64,000 bases of DNA, taken from Camelus ferus (lineage: Eukaryota). The notes beneath the pieces were generated by a model. It searched no databases. It had not been told where the DNA came from and saw only the letters and a list, made by a program, of their open reading frames with translations. Positions 38,620 through 51,430 of the stretch are shown one piece after another. A program made the translations under genes and the position numbers. The stretch spans positions 6,758,001 through 6,822,000 of the forward strand of contig NC_045721.1 in NCBI RefSeq assembly GCF_009834535.1. The letters run 5' to 3'. Within the stretch, counting starts at the first letter, position 1. Each line of letters begins with the position of its first letter.

Positions 38620-38960
38620 TTTCCCTCTGTGCTTGAATTCACTGTTGCTGGTCCCTCTGTCAGCTGTCTCCTATTTTGCAGTCAAATTCTATTCTATTTC
38701 AGGGTCTCTCTCAAAACCCACCTATTACTATCTTTTACCTGATTTTTCCAAATGAACATGATTTCTTGTCTCTGACCCCTCAGTATTTTGTTTTGCTGCT
38801 TCATAGGAAATGTATTATACCCACTGTTATTTTTCTATTTGTCCATTTCTCTTAAATAGAATAGAAGCTCTTTAAAGTGAGACTTACTCATCATCACATA
38901 TCCTGAAATGCTTAGCATCGAATACCTGCATCTCATCAGGAGTCAGTACAGTTTTGTTGT
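38620..38960 (+). mobile_element. L2 3' end
   Basis: gttgctggtccctctgtcagctgtctcc...tagaatagaagctctttaaag...tgcttagcat. Confidence 0.65.
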
Positions 38961-40064
38961 GACATTTGTAAATGTGGAGGCAAAGACCTGGCTTTAAGCA
39001 TATACCTGGAAGGTCGTGTGACCCCTTATCCTATCTCCCACCTGTGTCTTGCTTCACCCACTTGATAATCTTTAGGTGCCCATTGTAATGAAGACCCTCC
39101 TCTCGTACTAATAATCTATAGAATAGGACTCATAGGATATTTTGGATAAATTATGGACAAGGAGATAAAAAGAAACACATCTCTGTGTTAAGCAGATACT
39201 TTACTAGAGAAATGTATAACTGTATTCTTTGAGGGGAAAAACTGTATTCACACAGTGAAGATCAAGATATACCATTCCATTTGAATTCCATTTGATGTCA
39301 TGTGCATCCTAGAACTGTCTTTCAGATTCACCTTTCCTCCTGAGATACAGCTACATCCTGGATCTGACTGTTCACTCTCATTTCTGGCAGTATGGTTGAC
39401 ATGGGCTTGAGTCATCTCAAAATGTTTATTAAGCTTTCAATTTGTGCTAATCCCTGCAAGGTGTACAGAAACGAATCAGTCAAGGATCTGATTCCTGAAA
39501 GCTTCCTAATGTGGTAGTGGGCCCAGGTCTACGTGAAGACAGATTAGTGCCATGAAATTTGCAAGAGGGGTGAGGGGAGGAGGTGGAGGAGGCATCCGCT
39601 TTGAGGCCTGAAGGATAGGCACAATTTTAATGAGAAGGTAGCAGAAGAAACAGTCCATTGAGGACGTAGCAACTGTTACAGGAAATGAACTATCGTGGCA
39701 TGTGTCTCCCAGGCAGAAACATACCTGAAAGTGTCCAGGAGGATGTCTGCTCTCCAGAAATGTATCCCATGTCATCTTTCTTCCATGGAAGGGTGGACGA
39801 TAAACCATTTCTTTATTGTCTTCATTTTCCTGTCAAATGGAACACTTTACACGTGAACTAAATCCGTGACTACAGAGTAACTGGAACTCTTAGAGAAAAA
39901 AATGAGCAAGATAAATCCAATAAGGTGAGATGATCTGTCTATCTGGAAAGATAACCTTTCCAGTCTTTTCAGCCTTTGAGTGGTAAAGATGTAGTTTTTT
40001 GTTTTTGTTTTTGTTTATTTTTTGTCTTTCTTTGGGAAGAGGTGGGAAGTGTGAAGCAATAAAA

Positions 40065-40590
40065 AGCTATTCTGTGTAGCCCTGGGAGGTCTCTGTTCAG
40101 TAGTTAGTAGCACATGGCTGGCACTTGAGATTGAGGGTTTGGGGAGTTAACCAGAGTGCACTAAAGCTTGGAGGAAAGGTTCCCTTGGGGAATTAGACAT
40201 TTTAGTGGGACAATGAAATTTCATTGACTGAGAAGGGCTAAACAAAAACTTTTACCGAAGGTTCTGAGAAGTGGAAAGAGGTCTGGGAGAACTGTGAGGC
40301 AGGGGGAAAGTATTCCTTAATGCACCACACACTCTAGTTTGTTAGAGGAGGCGCTCTCCCTTCTGCCCTGGTCTGCCCAAGCCCAGATCGATTGCCTACA
40401 CCCAACACCTGGTCTGGAGGCCCCGAATCTTCCTGTCCGGTGCCTCAACTGTTGGTATCTGCTGTTGACAGTCTGGGCTGGGACCTCTGTTGTCGTAGCT
40501 ACTCAAGGCTTTGAACTGCCAGAGCATCTCCCCTGGTGCAGTGGTCCCCATCTCCTAGAGACAGGCTTTCCCTGTGTTCTCAGCTGAGAT
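40065..40590 (-). mobile_element. Ancient LTR-like element, family uncertain
   Basis: Reverse complement has a polyA-like tcaatgaaatttcattg and ends ...gggctacaca, an LTR-like architecture. Confidence 0.4.
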
Positions 40591-40724
40591 TTAGGTAAAC
40601 CTAACAATTCCTGGACTACGGACTAATTGAGGAGGGCTAGATGATACCTATAGGATCTTTTCTTTTCTCAAGGAACAAAGTCTTTTGAAGAGCATCTCTT
40701 AATATTGTGTTGTTCATGTCAGGT

Positions 40725-40900
40725 AATAATGGTGGTAATAACACTGTTGACGGTGATAATAGTAGTAGTAATAACATTAGCGATAGAAAACCCTATAGCA
40801 CTTACTATGTCCCAGGCACCATTTTAAGCGCATTATATAAATTAGGTCAGATGACCCCCCTCCCCCAGAAAGAAATAATGGGTAGGATAAAGCCTTATAG
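40725..40900 (-). mobile_element. MIR SINE
   Basis: tagcacttactatgtcccaggcaccattttaagcgcatta. Confidence 0.7.
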
Positions 40901-40918
40901 TATTACTTACGTAGATCC

Positions 40919-41531
40919 TGTAGCAGAGACTGGCTAGATGCTCAAAAACATATTTCCTCTTCCTGGACACATGGGAAGATTCCATTTCCTGGACTTCTTG
41001 CAAATAGGCAGGGACTTTCTGGCTGATAGAAATTAGAGACAAGGGTTTCACGTCACTCCCTGGCTGGGCCGTAACATGTCATGAGCAGTTCTTGACATTC
41101 TTCTCTCTTGGATGGTAGGACACGGAGGATTTGGTGGGAGACTCCAAGGAGACCCTCATGCAGTCTTTCAGCTGAGGTTCTGTGAGCAAGTTAAAGCCCA
41201 CAGAAAATTATTAGTGTGACTATTTCCTCAGTTCTTCCCAGGATGGTCCCTAGTTAGTAGATGGAGAAGAAAGATGTTAACTCATTCCACTCATGGATGC
41301 CTTAAGTCATTAGATCTTAATTCTTTCCTGGACTCTGAAAAGGTCTCTCCCCTGGGTGATAATGGTGCCATAAAGTGGACAGGCCCTGGATCCCTGAGTC
41401 ACTGCTTGGCAGGGAATTGCCAGGGACTTTCACACTTAGCTTCACAGAAGGAAAAATTAAGCAATTTTTTGTGCATGAAATTTGGGAGTTTAAGTCTTAT
41501 CACAGCCTAGCCTAGCCTACTGGGTAATCCA
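40919..41531 (+). mobile_element. MLT1I/J-like MaLR LTR
   Basis: tgtagcagagactggctagatgc...ttccatttcctggacttcttgca...ggatccctgagtcactgcttgg...cacagcctagcctagcctac. Confidence 0.75.
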
Positions 41532-41936
41532 TCTCCCAACCAGCTTTGTCAGGAGGAATGTTCCTCCTCTGTTCTTTAAGGTGTACCCACATTACAGTGT
41601 GTCTGCGATGAGAGAAACTTGTGTGTAACTTTCCTATTCTGTTTGATCATCACTGTACCACGTGCTTCCTTTGTCCCACTCTTCCTCAGGCACTTTATGG
41701 TATCAGGAGCAGGATGATTCAGTCTGGCTTGATGTAACAGTCATCTACAAAGATGATAATAGAAAATTTGTCCCAAGTGGTGGAAGACATGGTGAAAAGA
41801 CAAAGCTAAGAAAGACAGAAAAAACCTAGAGAGAAACACTTACAATTCTGAAGAGAAGGGAATATTCAGCAATGTGCCCATTGTTCCAAGAGACTGTAAA
41901 TTTTTTCCTATTGCTTTAATGTTAATGAGAATCAGT

Positions 41937-42421
41937 GTTACCAAACCAAACCTGGGTCTGCTCTCCTGCACACAGTAAAGCCAATCTACTGACACCGGGT
42001 GGTGGTGAAGGGGAGTGCAGTGTTCATTGCAGGGCACCGAGCAAGGAGTTCAGGACAGCAAGTGCTCACACAGCCTGAACTCCCCGATGGGTTTCAGCAA
42101 AGCAGTTTCAAAGGCCAGATGAGGGAGGGGAGTCCCAGAGTGTGTGATCAGCTGGTGCAGGGTTCTCTGATTGGTTGATGGTGAGGTAACAGGGCAGTGT
42201 CACAGGGGTTAACATTGTCAGTCCTCAGGATCCAGTAGGTCTGGGGGCTACATGCTCATGATCATCAGGTAGTTCATTTCTTCCATTTCGTGGGGGTTTT
42301 AGCATCTGTAAAACAACTTGGGTAATGTGCATCAGATGTCAGTACTCCAGAAAGGAGCTAAAGCAGAGGATTTGGGGTGAGGTCTGTCCTGGGAAGGTCC
42401 CATAGGTCCTGCTTGGTTCCA
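41937..42421 (-). mobile_element. ERV1-class solo LTR (Laurasiatherian/cetartiodactyl type)
   Basis: Bounded by tgttacc...ggttcca. Contains ctgaactccccgatgggtttcagcaaagcagtttc and ttctctgattggttgatggtgaggtaacaggg, typical of this LTR group. Confidence 0.8.
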
Positions 42422-43379
42422 GGAGGGTGAGATTGTTAAGACACTGAAACATAGACTCAGTTAAATCCTTACTCTAAAGGAGGTGAATTTTATGGTTTGA
42501 ATCTGGTGTGGGTGGGAGAGGGCAATGTAGACGGCAATGTTTTATGGACCCAAAGGTGTCCTAAACCCTGCCGGTCACCTCATATTAGCAGGAAAAGCAA
42601 GGAAGCAGGAGAGCATAGGCCAGTGCACCTGACCTTCCAGCAGCTGATTCCAAGTCTTTTCTTCTCTAGGTGGGAAATTGGGCTAAAGGTGAGATTTGAC
42701 AGTGGTTAGGCAGCATTCACTTGTGCTCCGGTCCTCTCAAGCCTTGTGGAGTGGACGGAATAACACTACATTTAGCGGAAGCCTAGGCATTCTGCTTTCA
42801 AGGTGGGTGGGCACGGGGGTTGGAACAGAGCCCTCCTACACAGAGAAGTTGACAGTTGCCTTATTGTTCCACGTGTTCCCAACTAAAGTTTACTGTACTT
42901 GAGCAGAACTCAATTAATTTTATATTCCTTTTAGACCCCTGCATCCCTCCTCAGTCGTACCTAGGAAAGCTTTCAGCATTTAATAGGTGCTGAGATGGAT
43001 TTATTGATCTCCACAGGTGACGAATTGCATGCAGTCATTATGTGTGACTCATATTTACTAATGGTTAGAAAAATAATGACTAATTGTATTTTTGAAGACT
43101 AACATGGAATTTGGAGCTCTTGATTTAAAGACTTCACTCCAAAATTTTATTATGAAGGCAGTTTTTATTGTGTGAGCAATCATGCACCGCTTAAAGCCTC
43201 CAGGTTATAACAATGAGAACGTTAAGTTTATAGCATGAATATTAAAATATTTGAATTTTTTAATAATGCAAAGCAGTAAACACTTTTGAATTTAACTCTT
43301 TTCTTCTTACTCCTCCTACTTTATTTGAATAAATTGTCACTTAAAATGTTTTTCATAGCAGTGATCATTTCGTAAGCAT

Positions 43380-43450
43380 ATAAATGTTAAATCACTTTGT
43401 GCACTTGGAACTAACATAGTGTTGTAGGTCGATTATATATCAATTAAAAA
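43380..43450 (+). mobile_element. L1 extreme 3' end
   Basis: aaatcactttgtgcacttggaactaacatagtgttgtaggtcgattatatatcaattaaaaaa. Confidence 0.7.
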
Positions 43451-43991
43451 AGTTTATAATATTTTCCTTTTACTACCAAGCCTCCAGATAGGAAGTGTAT
43501 CCTCACTTCAGAGTCCTCATTTAGTATCCATATGGTGTCATTCATTCCTGGAGTTTTAATATAAATAGTATTTGTTGAAATAAATGTGAATTTTCAATCG
43601 CAAAAACTTATTGGGTATCTTTTATTTTTCAGGAAGTGAGTCCAATGCTTTTGGCCACGAGAAAACATAAGGAAAAAGGAAATTCATGTTAAGATACAAG
43701 AGTAATTGGGGGAAAGAACATTGCTACTTCTTAAAGAGAAGTTTTGCAAAATTTTTATAAGTTCATGCATGGAACATTCAGCTCCCTTCAGCATGGTGTG
43801 GAATTAAGTCCTAATTTCCATTCTGAAGGCCCCCTCCACCTGTCATTTCTCAGTAAGGGGAATGACTGGCTAACTTAGTTGATTCGAGAACACAGGCCTA
43901 GGGCTTTGTGGCTTCAGAGCTGACCTTGTTGCTAACTTCACTCATTTCGGTGACACAAAATGTGCCCACCCCCAGTCCCCTAATCCTACAA

Positions 43992-44266
43992 CAGTGCCAC
44001 TCAAGGTGTGGTTGGGAGTGGGGGGCACTAATGGACCATAAAGAAAGTGAGCATAAACATGGAGAAAGCCTTTAGAGACCTTTATAGCATTTTACAGAGT
44101 AACTGTATGCATGTTGAATCTAATGATTATTTAAGAATTGGAGTTCTTTTTGGATAGCTTTTCTTTTTCTACTAACTGATTTTCAGTGTCGTTTATAACA
44201 GCATTTGCTCACAATATATTATAAAACAAAATAATTCTCTGACCATAGATGGTTTGAGAACAGTTG
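43992..44266 (+). mobile_element. hAT-Charlie MITE (Charlie4/MER80-like)
   Basis: Degenerate TIRs cagtgccactcaaggtgtgg ... ggtttgagaacagttg; internal tttagagacctttatagcattttacagagtaac...gttgaatctaat. Confidence 0.7.
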
Positions 44267-44289
44267 GCGTGGATACAAGAATGTGCCTT

Positions 44290-44480
44290 AGAGGTAGAGT
44301 GTGTGAGTTCAAATGTCATCTGCATTGTTTTCTAATTGTGTGATACTAGGCAAATTGCTTAAGTTCTCTGTGCTTTTGTTATTTCACTATGGGGACAATG
44401 TTGGTGTTACCTCCTAGGATTGTTTGAGGATGTAAAGCACTTAGAACAGAGTCTGGTACATTGTGAGGGCTCTTAGTATC
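44290..44480 (+). mobile_element. MIR SINE
   Basis: gtgatactaggcaaattgcttaagttctctgtgc...acctcctaggattgtttgagg...aaagcacttagaacagagtctggtaca. Confidence 0.8.
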
Positions 44481-45229
44481 CCTGGATACTGAGGGGACGA
44501 GGCTGTAGCATGGCAGCTTAGTCATGACAAGAATCCAGGAGGGCAGAATCTAGGAGAAAGCCCTGTTAGCCCACTGCATCCTGCAGTGATTCCCTCCAGA
44601 AATAGCCTTCTGGATATGTGGAAGGGGTCTGACCCTTCACAAATATATCGTAAGAATTTCATAGTCTTACAACAGCTTGTCAATGGATGGTAACAACTGT
44701 ACAAAAGCTAACTAAGTCTAGGATACAGATGTGAATAACTATTTCTAACTCTTTTCTAATTCACCTCCTTCCTCCTGATTCAGGTAGATCAACCACAAAT
44801 TTTGTCCATACCCGCCCTTTAGAGACAGAAGTGTTCAGTCCTTTCTTATACTTCTTCTCAGTCTAAGAGATCAGTCTCTGTTCCTTTCTCTTAGGTTTGT
44901 TTTGTGAAGTAATGTGAGTGCAGGATGTGTTTGATTCCTGTGTCATCCCCCCGCCCCCCTACCAGTTTTCCTCCTACTACTCTTGACCAATTACATCATC
45001 ATCCTCTCATGTACCTCTTTAATGGTAAGTGCATTCAATCAAGAACTAAAATCTCCTGCCATTCAGAGGAAAAAGCCAAGGTTAATAACTGGAGACTTGA
45101 AAAAATTTGTTGGTTATTTGTCTAGTTTCTGAGTTTCTGGAAGGATGGACCTAATTGTTTATATATTTGAGTGGTGTGTTTGGGTCTTGGTTTTGTTGTT
45201 GTTGTTGTTGTTATTGTTATTTTTTTTTC

Positions 45230-45915
45230 TTTTCCAGCTCTGTGATCTTGGGCAAGTCACTGAAATCTGAGTGTCAGTGTTCTCGTTGCAAAATGATAAT
45301 CATTTTGAATTACATGGCTCTTGTTATAAGTCATAATAGCCACCATTTAATGAGAGAGGCTCTGTATTCTATGAAGTGTGGGATTTATGTAGAATACTTA
45401 AATTACATATGGATTTTAATCCAAACAATGACTTAGGAATGTAGGCATGATTACCCTCCGATTTATAGATAGAGAAACTTGAGTTTGAACAGCATTATTA
45501 TTTTGTGTGTGTGTGTACTTATTTATTTATTTTGGTTTTTTTTTTTAAGAATTAACATTTTTTCTTTTTTAAATTGAACTATAGTCAATTTACAATGTGT
45601 CGATTTCTGGTGTACAGCATCCTGTTTCAGTCATGCGTATACATACATACATTCTTTTCCATATTCTTTTTCATTAGGGGTTATTACAAGATATTGAATA
45701 TAGTTCCCTGTGCAGTACAATAAAACTTTGCTGTTTATTTTATGTATAGTAGTTAGTATCTGCAAATCCCATACTCAGTTTATCTCTCCTCACCCACTTT
45801 CCCCCTGGTAACCATGGTTTGCTTTCTATGTAAAGAGCATTAGTAATTAGATCAAGGTAACACAACTCGTAAAGAGCAGAGCTGGGGTTTGAACTGAGAT
45901 CTCTGAAAAGCCGTA
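45230..45915. mobile_element. MIR fragments with a nested antisense camelid L1 3' end (about 45500-45830)
   Basis: ctgtgatcttgggcaagtcact (+); gatttatagatagagaaact...agagctggggtttgaact (-); the L1 body tttctggtgtacagcatc...ccccctggtaaccat is flanked by agcatta repeats. Confidence 0.78.
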
Positions 45916-46879
45916 TTTTTCCTTTCTATCTTCAAGGGAGATAGGAGTTCACAGAATTGAGTGTGTTTTGTAAAGCATGTGTTTAATAAATACCTGGCAA
46001 TCTCATCATGCATTCCCACTTCCAGAAAACTCCAAGCCTACCCATAGCGGGTCAGTAGCATGATCTTCAAAGTCCACGAACAATCAGTTCCAATTACTTT
46101 ACTAAGCAGGAAGAGACAACTTGAAACTTGTATTCCGAGGCAGCCAGAACCATTTGCCATTTTTAGCCTCTGATATCAATTGCTTCTCCTACAGGCATCT
46201 TCACTGGGGCACCAGTTGCCAAAGCAGATCTGTCTTTTTGAGGCTTGCTTTTGCTCAAACTCTATGCGCTCATTTGATAAAGAGGCTGACTCCAAGCCAT
46301 GCTTAATCTTTTGCTCCATGGGCTGTATTTGGGAGCTGGCTCACAAACTGCCCCTCAAAGGGAGGAGGGAAAGTGACAATAAAGGGAGAGTTATGGACTG
46401 TGAAACTTTGCCCGACAGGTTCTCTTTCCTCGAATTAGCTAGGAAAGCAAAAATGGATGTTATTAGAGGGCAAGTGTCTGGCGTTGCAGCTCTCACTTGG
46501 GCTCTGTCATTGGGAAGACTCCTTAATGGCTGAGCTTGGAAAGACTACACGACAGCTGTGCCTGGAGATAGCACACATTGAGTGCGATTAGGGTAATGTT
46601 TTCTTCATTGCTTAAGCAATAGAAGGAAAGAGCCCAGCCAATGCATCAGGCTTTCATTTCAGGCACAGGGAGACAGGAGGATGCCAGACAGCTACAAAAT
46701 GGTAGTCCCTGTAATCCAGATAACTGAGTTGTTCAGCCCATGAAAAATAGGAAGGGGGAAATATATAGATCCCCTCGCCTTATAAAACAATATTTTAAAA
46801 AAACACCATGGAATGATCTGTATGGAAATCATGGGAAACCATGGAGTAATTTATGGTATAGTGGTATGAAAGTTAGAAA

Positions 46880-47060
46880 ATCTAATAATCCCTTTTCAGA
46901 TCTGCCACTCAATTTTTCTGTAACATTAGGAAATACATTATCGGGAATTGTGTCTCAATTTTTCCATCTGTAAATTGGAGATAAGACATCTGTTCTCTCA
47001 ACATCAGAGCCACTTTGTAAGAATCAAATACGTTAATGGATCTGAAAGTGTTGGAAATGT
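46880..47060 (+). mobile_element. MIR SINE
   Basis: tcagatctgccactc...tctcaatttttccatctgtaaattggagataa. Confidence 0.7.
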
Positions 47061-47426
47061 ACCTGTATATTGTTGTTTTCATATTAGGAATTTGATGGTA
47101 AAGTATATTCAGTGTCTGACTGCATAAAATAGAATATATAGTGGAAAATATCAGAAAACTCTTAGACGTAATGTGTCAGGAGTTTAAAAATCAGCTATTG
47201 AAAATCACACTTAAGTAACCACTTCTAAAGCCTTCTTACATTTTTGTTTTGATTTTTACCTGCTCGGCTTCTTTTAAAAACTACAAATTACAAATAATGC
47301 TTTTCAGTGCTTTTCCCAAGAAAATAGCAATTGTCAGGACTTTTCTAAAGGTAGAGAAAGCCTTGATTCTACTTTACATTTACCTCATGTGCCAGTGGAG
47401 GAATAAGAAGAAAAAGCAGGAGTCAG

Positions 47427-47428
<2 letters not shown>

Positions 47429-47478
<50 letters not shown>
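47429..47478. repeat. (CA)n microsatellite
   Basis: Direct reading. Confidence 0.95.
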
Positions 47479-47480
<2 letters not shown>

Positions 47481-47817
47481 TTCCATGGCAATATAAACAC
47501 TTCCATACACATACCCCAAGCCTGCATGAGGGTAAAGAGGTTACTCTGTGTTTCTTTCTTACTCTCAGTTCAAGACAACTGAATCACATATCTATTTGGC
47601 TTTTCATATAACTTAAACTTAGTTTTGGATTTCTCTTCTTGGATGTCCTTGTCCTTTGCAAAGACACCTGACTTAAGGACATCATATAAATATTTTTGCC
47701 ACATTATTATAATGAGCATTTTTTTCCAAAAGGAAATAACATTGATGGTCCACATTCCGCTTGGTTTTATAAATCCTATATATTTGTCATCATGTTGACT
47801 TCTCTACTTTTAGTCAT

Positions 47818-48477
47818 TGTGATGGTTAATTTTATGTGTCAACTTGACAGGGCCACAGAGTACCCAGATATTTGGTCAAAAATTATTCTGGATGTTTCTA
47901 GAGGGTGTTTTTGGATGAGTTAGCGTTTTAGTTGGTAGACTGAGTGAAGCCGATTACTGTCCCTCCTGTGGTGGGCCCTGTCTAATCAGTTGAAAGTGAG
48001 ACTAGCACTAAACAGTCAACTCTCCTCAGTCTCTATTTTGGCAACTCACATTACAGATTTGGGGATTTGTTAGCTTCCATAATTGCATGAACCAGTAAGC
48101 CAATTCCTTATAATAAATTGATCTCACATAAGTCCTGAGAATGCAATGTATAGTGTGGTGACTATAGTTCATAATGTCCCATTGTATATTTGAAGTTACT
48201 AAGATAGTAAATCTTAAAAATTATTACAAGAAAAAATTTATAGCTAGGTATGGTGCTAGATGTTACAGATTTATTGTGGTGGTGATCATTTCACAATATA
48301 TACAAATATTGACTTATTATGTGGCACACCTGAAACTAATATAATGTTATATATCAATTACACCCCAGTAAAAAAATCAATCTCTCTATATGTAATACAT
48401 ATATAAATATATGCAATATTGTTATATCTACATACATTCTATTAATTCTGTTTCTCTGGAGAATGCAGATAATTACA
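47818..48477 (+). mobile_element. MLT2 (ERVL) LTR split by an L1 insertion
   Basis: tgtgatggttaattttatgtgtcaacttgacagggccacagagtacccagatatttggtcaaa...; resumes after the L1 and ends tctgtttctctggagaatgcagataattaca. Confidence 0.88.
48126..48376 (+). mobile_element. L1MA/MB 3' end nested in MLT2
   Basis: aatgtatagtgtggtgactatagttcataat...ggtgatcatttcacaatatatac...acacctgaaactaatataatg; TSD aattgatctc / aatcaatctc. Confidence 0.85.
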
Positions 48478-48610
48478 GGCAGTCACATTTTGTACTTTTA
48501 AATTCCTTATGAAAAAAGGTTAGGCATTCCTCAGTATTCCATCATTTTTCCTGCACTGGTTTTCCAGGTAAATTTTAGCATATCTTGGCTAGAAAAACAA
48601 AAGATATGAC

Positions 48611-48637
48611 TGTGTGTGTGTGTGTGTGTGTGTGTGT
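48611..48637. repeat. (TG)n microsatellite
   Basis: Direct reading. Confidence 0.95.
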
Positions 48638-49179
48638 ATACATAAGCAATTCCTATATAGAGAACTTTTGCCAATGTAAAGGATCTTTATTATACTTGAA
48701 CTCATAGTCCTTTTTTACGTGCATCTAAAACATTTCCACCCGTTATTTGTTTTCCTTCACTTTTGGTCAGTAATCCTTTTCTTGGCTAGTTGGCCGATGT
48801 TTTCCATCTAAGGTATGCTGCAAGATTGATGGCCTCAAACCGTCAACTTCAGCTTTCCTTCTTTTGCAAGTTAGGATTGGGTTTGGGTCAACTCTGGGTC
48901 AAAAATATATTAGGTTAGTCTTTTCAGATTGTGCTTAGATCCATATATCAAGAACAGAGTAAATTGAGACGGCTTCCTTGGCTGCCCTCTCAAACCACTT
49001 GACCTTTTAAGATTCTTTCTCCAGTTATGGTTTCCTCTTTGCACTCTGCCCGTACAGTTTATGTTGAAAGTGCCACAGGAAATCATTTCTTACTCAAAGC
49101 CCTACACATATTTCAGTTTTTTAAAAAATTTTATTCCAGAAAACTAAGTTCTCCAAATAATTTGGGGGCAATTTGGTAG

Positions 49180-49330
49180 TAGTATCTTAGGAAGAACACC
49201 ATGCTGGGAGTCAAACCACTCTTAAGGTGCTAGGGTCCTAACTTGGAGCTGTGTTACTTTCGGTAAATCACTGCACCTCTCTGATGAAGTTTGAACTGCC
49301 CACCTTAGAGGAATTGAAGAACAGATGATA
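49180..49330 (+). mobile_element. MIR SINE
   Basis: ctgtgttactttcggtaaatcactgcacctctctga. Confidence 0.6.
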
Positions 49331-51268
49331 TTGGGTTTGGAAAATTAATTTGTAAGTTGTCAATTAGTATCAAAATGTATTACAATTTTCTTCATTTTTC
49401 TGAATAAAGGGTACTTGATGTGTGGTCCTATACCTACCACTTCCCATTTTCACATTAAACTAAAATTATAATCTCTTATATACTTGGTGTTAGACAGTGA
49501 ACAGACATACTAAAACCTCTAAGCATATCTTGTCTAGGTGTTTTCCAGTGTTTTCTTGTATGTGAAAATATATGACGTAATTTCATTAGAATTTGCGATT
49601 AAAATGACCTTGCAATTTCATAACAAGGCTGTGCGGTCTCCCATTTCATGTTTCTTCTGTTGGGAGTGGTTTGATCCTGTCATTTCAAGGTCTCTTATGG
49701 TGATAAACTGATCACCAGAGAGAGGACCCAAGTTTTCATAGGACATAGAAGGTATATAAAATTTTGAAGGGTAAGACTTACAAAATTGCAAGACTGTAAA
49801 TAACCTAGAAATTCTAAGCTTGGAAAGCAATTTAATAATAGACAAAAATTATGGAAAGAGAAGAATGACTTAGTTGAGTGCATAATGGAAAATCTGGAGA
49901 TCTGGGTTCTAACCTCTCTATACTATGAAATAGTAAAATTTTAGGTCCATCTTTTGCTCAGATGTCTGTACTAGAAAAATCTTTAAGAAACTTTCTAGTA
50001 CTAACTGCTCTGATTCTGCCCCTCTCTCAAGCCTCTAGTTCCTAGGACCGCCACCACACTCTCTATTTGCAGGATGTACCAATAGCAGTGTCTTTCTCTT
50101 TGTCTCTCATATTCCAACCTCCAGATGAGGTTATGTGGGATCAGAAAGAATTGCCCTCTCCAGCAGTGAAGATATATTATAGCACATTCACTCAGTCATT
50201 CATAACAAAAAATATGGCACCTCCCTTAATAAAGCCTTTTCTATTGCTACCTTTTAGAGGGTTTCTGGATCAGAACCAGCCTTTATTTGGACATCAAATG
50301 GTTGGTCACAAAAATACAATAATTAAGATTGATAATAACTTCCACTTATTAAGCACTTATTAAACGACTCGGAGTGGATGCCCAACCATCTTTTAGAGGT
50401 TATTTTAAAGATCAAATAACAGAAAAGAAACAAAAATTTGACTACTCTTAGGGTGATCCTTCATGTGCAGAAGGTTCTCAGTGATTTTCAATTCCTATTA
50501 ATGAGAAAATAAATTAATGTTAAAAAAAAAACTCAAAGTATTAATTTAATCCTACAGAAGGATTACATGATATACTTGTTCGTGGCTTTAGTATTTTCCA
50601 CCTTATAAATGAGGCATCATCTTAAGAAAGAGACAGATTCTAAATAAATGGTGGAAAAAAAATCATCTTCGAAAAGAGGTTATTTCCAAAAGAAGAGGAA
50701 ATTGAAGACAGTTAAATATTTTCTTTAGTCATTTCGACCCTCATTATCAGACATCTGTGCCCTGTGTCTGCAATGTTCCCTTTCCTTACTCACAGACTCT
50801 CACTTGCCTTTAAAAAAAATCTCTTGAAATCTTCCTTGACCATGATAGTCTTTCAGCTTTGTTGCAGAGAAATAGGAAACTTACTGATCAATTTACTAAG
50901 AATGTTTCAAGAATATATATATATATATATATATACTCATAATACATTGTTACACATCACATTTATACATTATATAGTACACTATATATAATCATACAGA
51001 TGTAGGTGAGTAGAGATAGCTCCTAAGACTTGTTTTGGATTATAGGACAAACATGATTTGATTTTAGCCAATATGGTGGCTGGAAACACGTGATGTGTAT
51101 CTGTTTGATCTTTGATGTGTGACTGACTCACATTTTTGAGGCCCCAGCAGCCTGGAGGAGTGCCCTCAAATGGGTGGGGTGGATCACCATAGACTTCGTC
51201 TAAAGACGAAGGGCCCATTGGCTTAACTATTCAAACCAGCCTGCCCTGTCCCTCCTTTTCTTTATGGT

Positions 51269-51430
51269 CATGGTTCTTAACTCCTGCTGCAGGTTAGATC
51301 TAATCACTGATCACAGGATCTCCCATCAGATTAATTGAATCTGGATCCCTGAGGGCAGGTTTCAGGCATCGGTGCTTTTTTAAAAAGCTCCCTAGATGGT
51401 GCTACTGTGTAACCAGGGTTGAGAAACATT
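51269..51430 (+). mobile_element. MER5A hAT-Charlie MITE
   Basis: catggttcttaactcctgctgc...cccatcagattaattgaatctgga...tttttaaaaagctccctagatggtgct...ccagggttgagaaac. Confidence 0.85.

Noticed and set aside
46180-46533. 117-aa plus-strand ORF after an acceptor-like site
   Set aside because: It has no domain similarity, a non-ATG start and overlapping short ORFs; this size is expected by chance.
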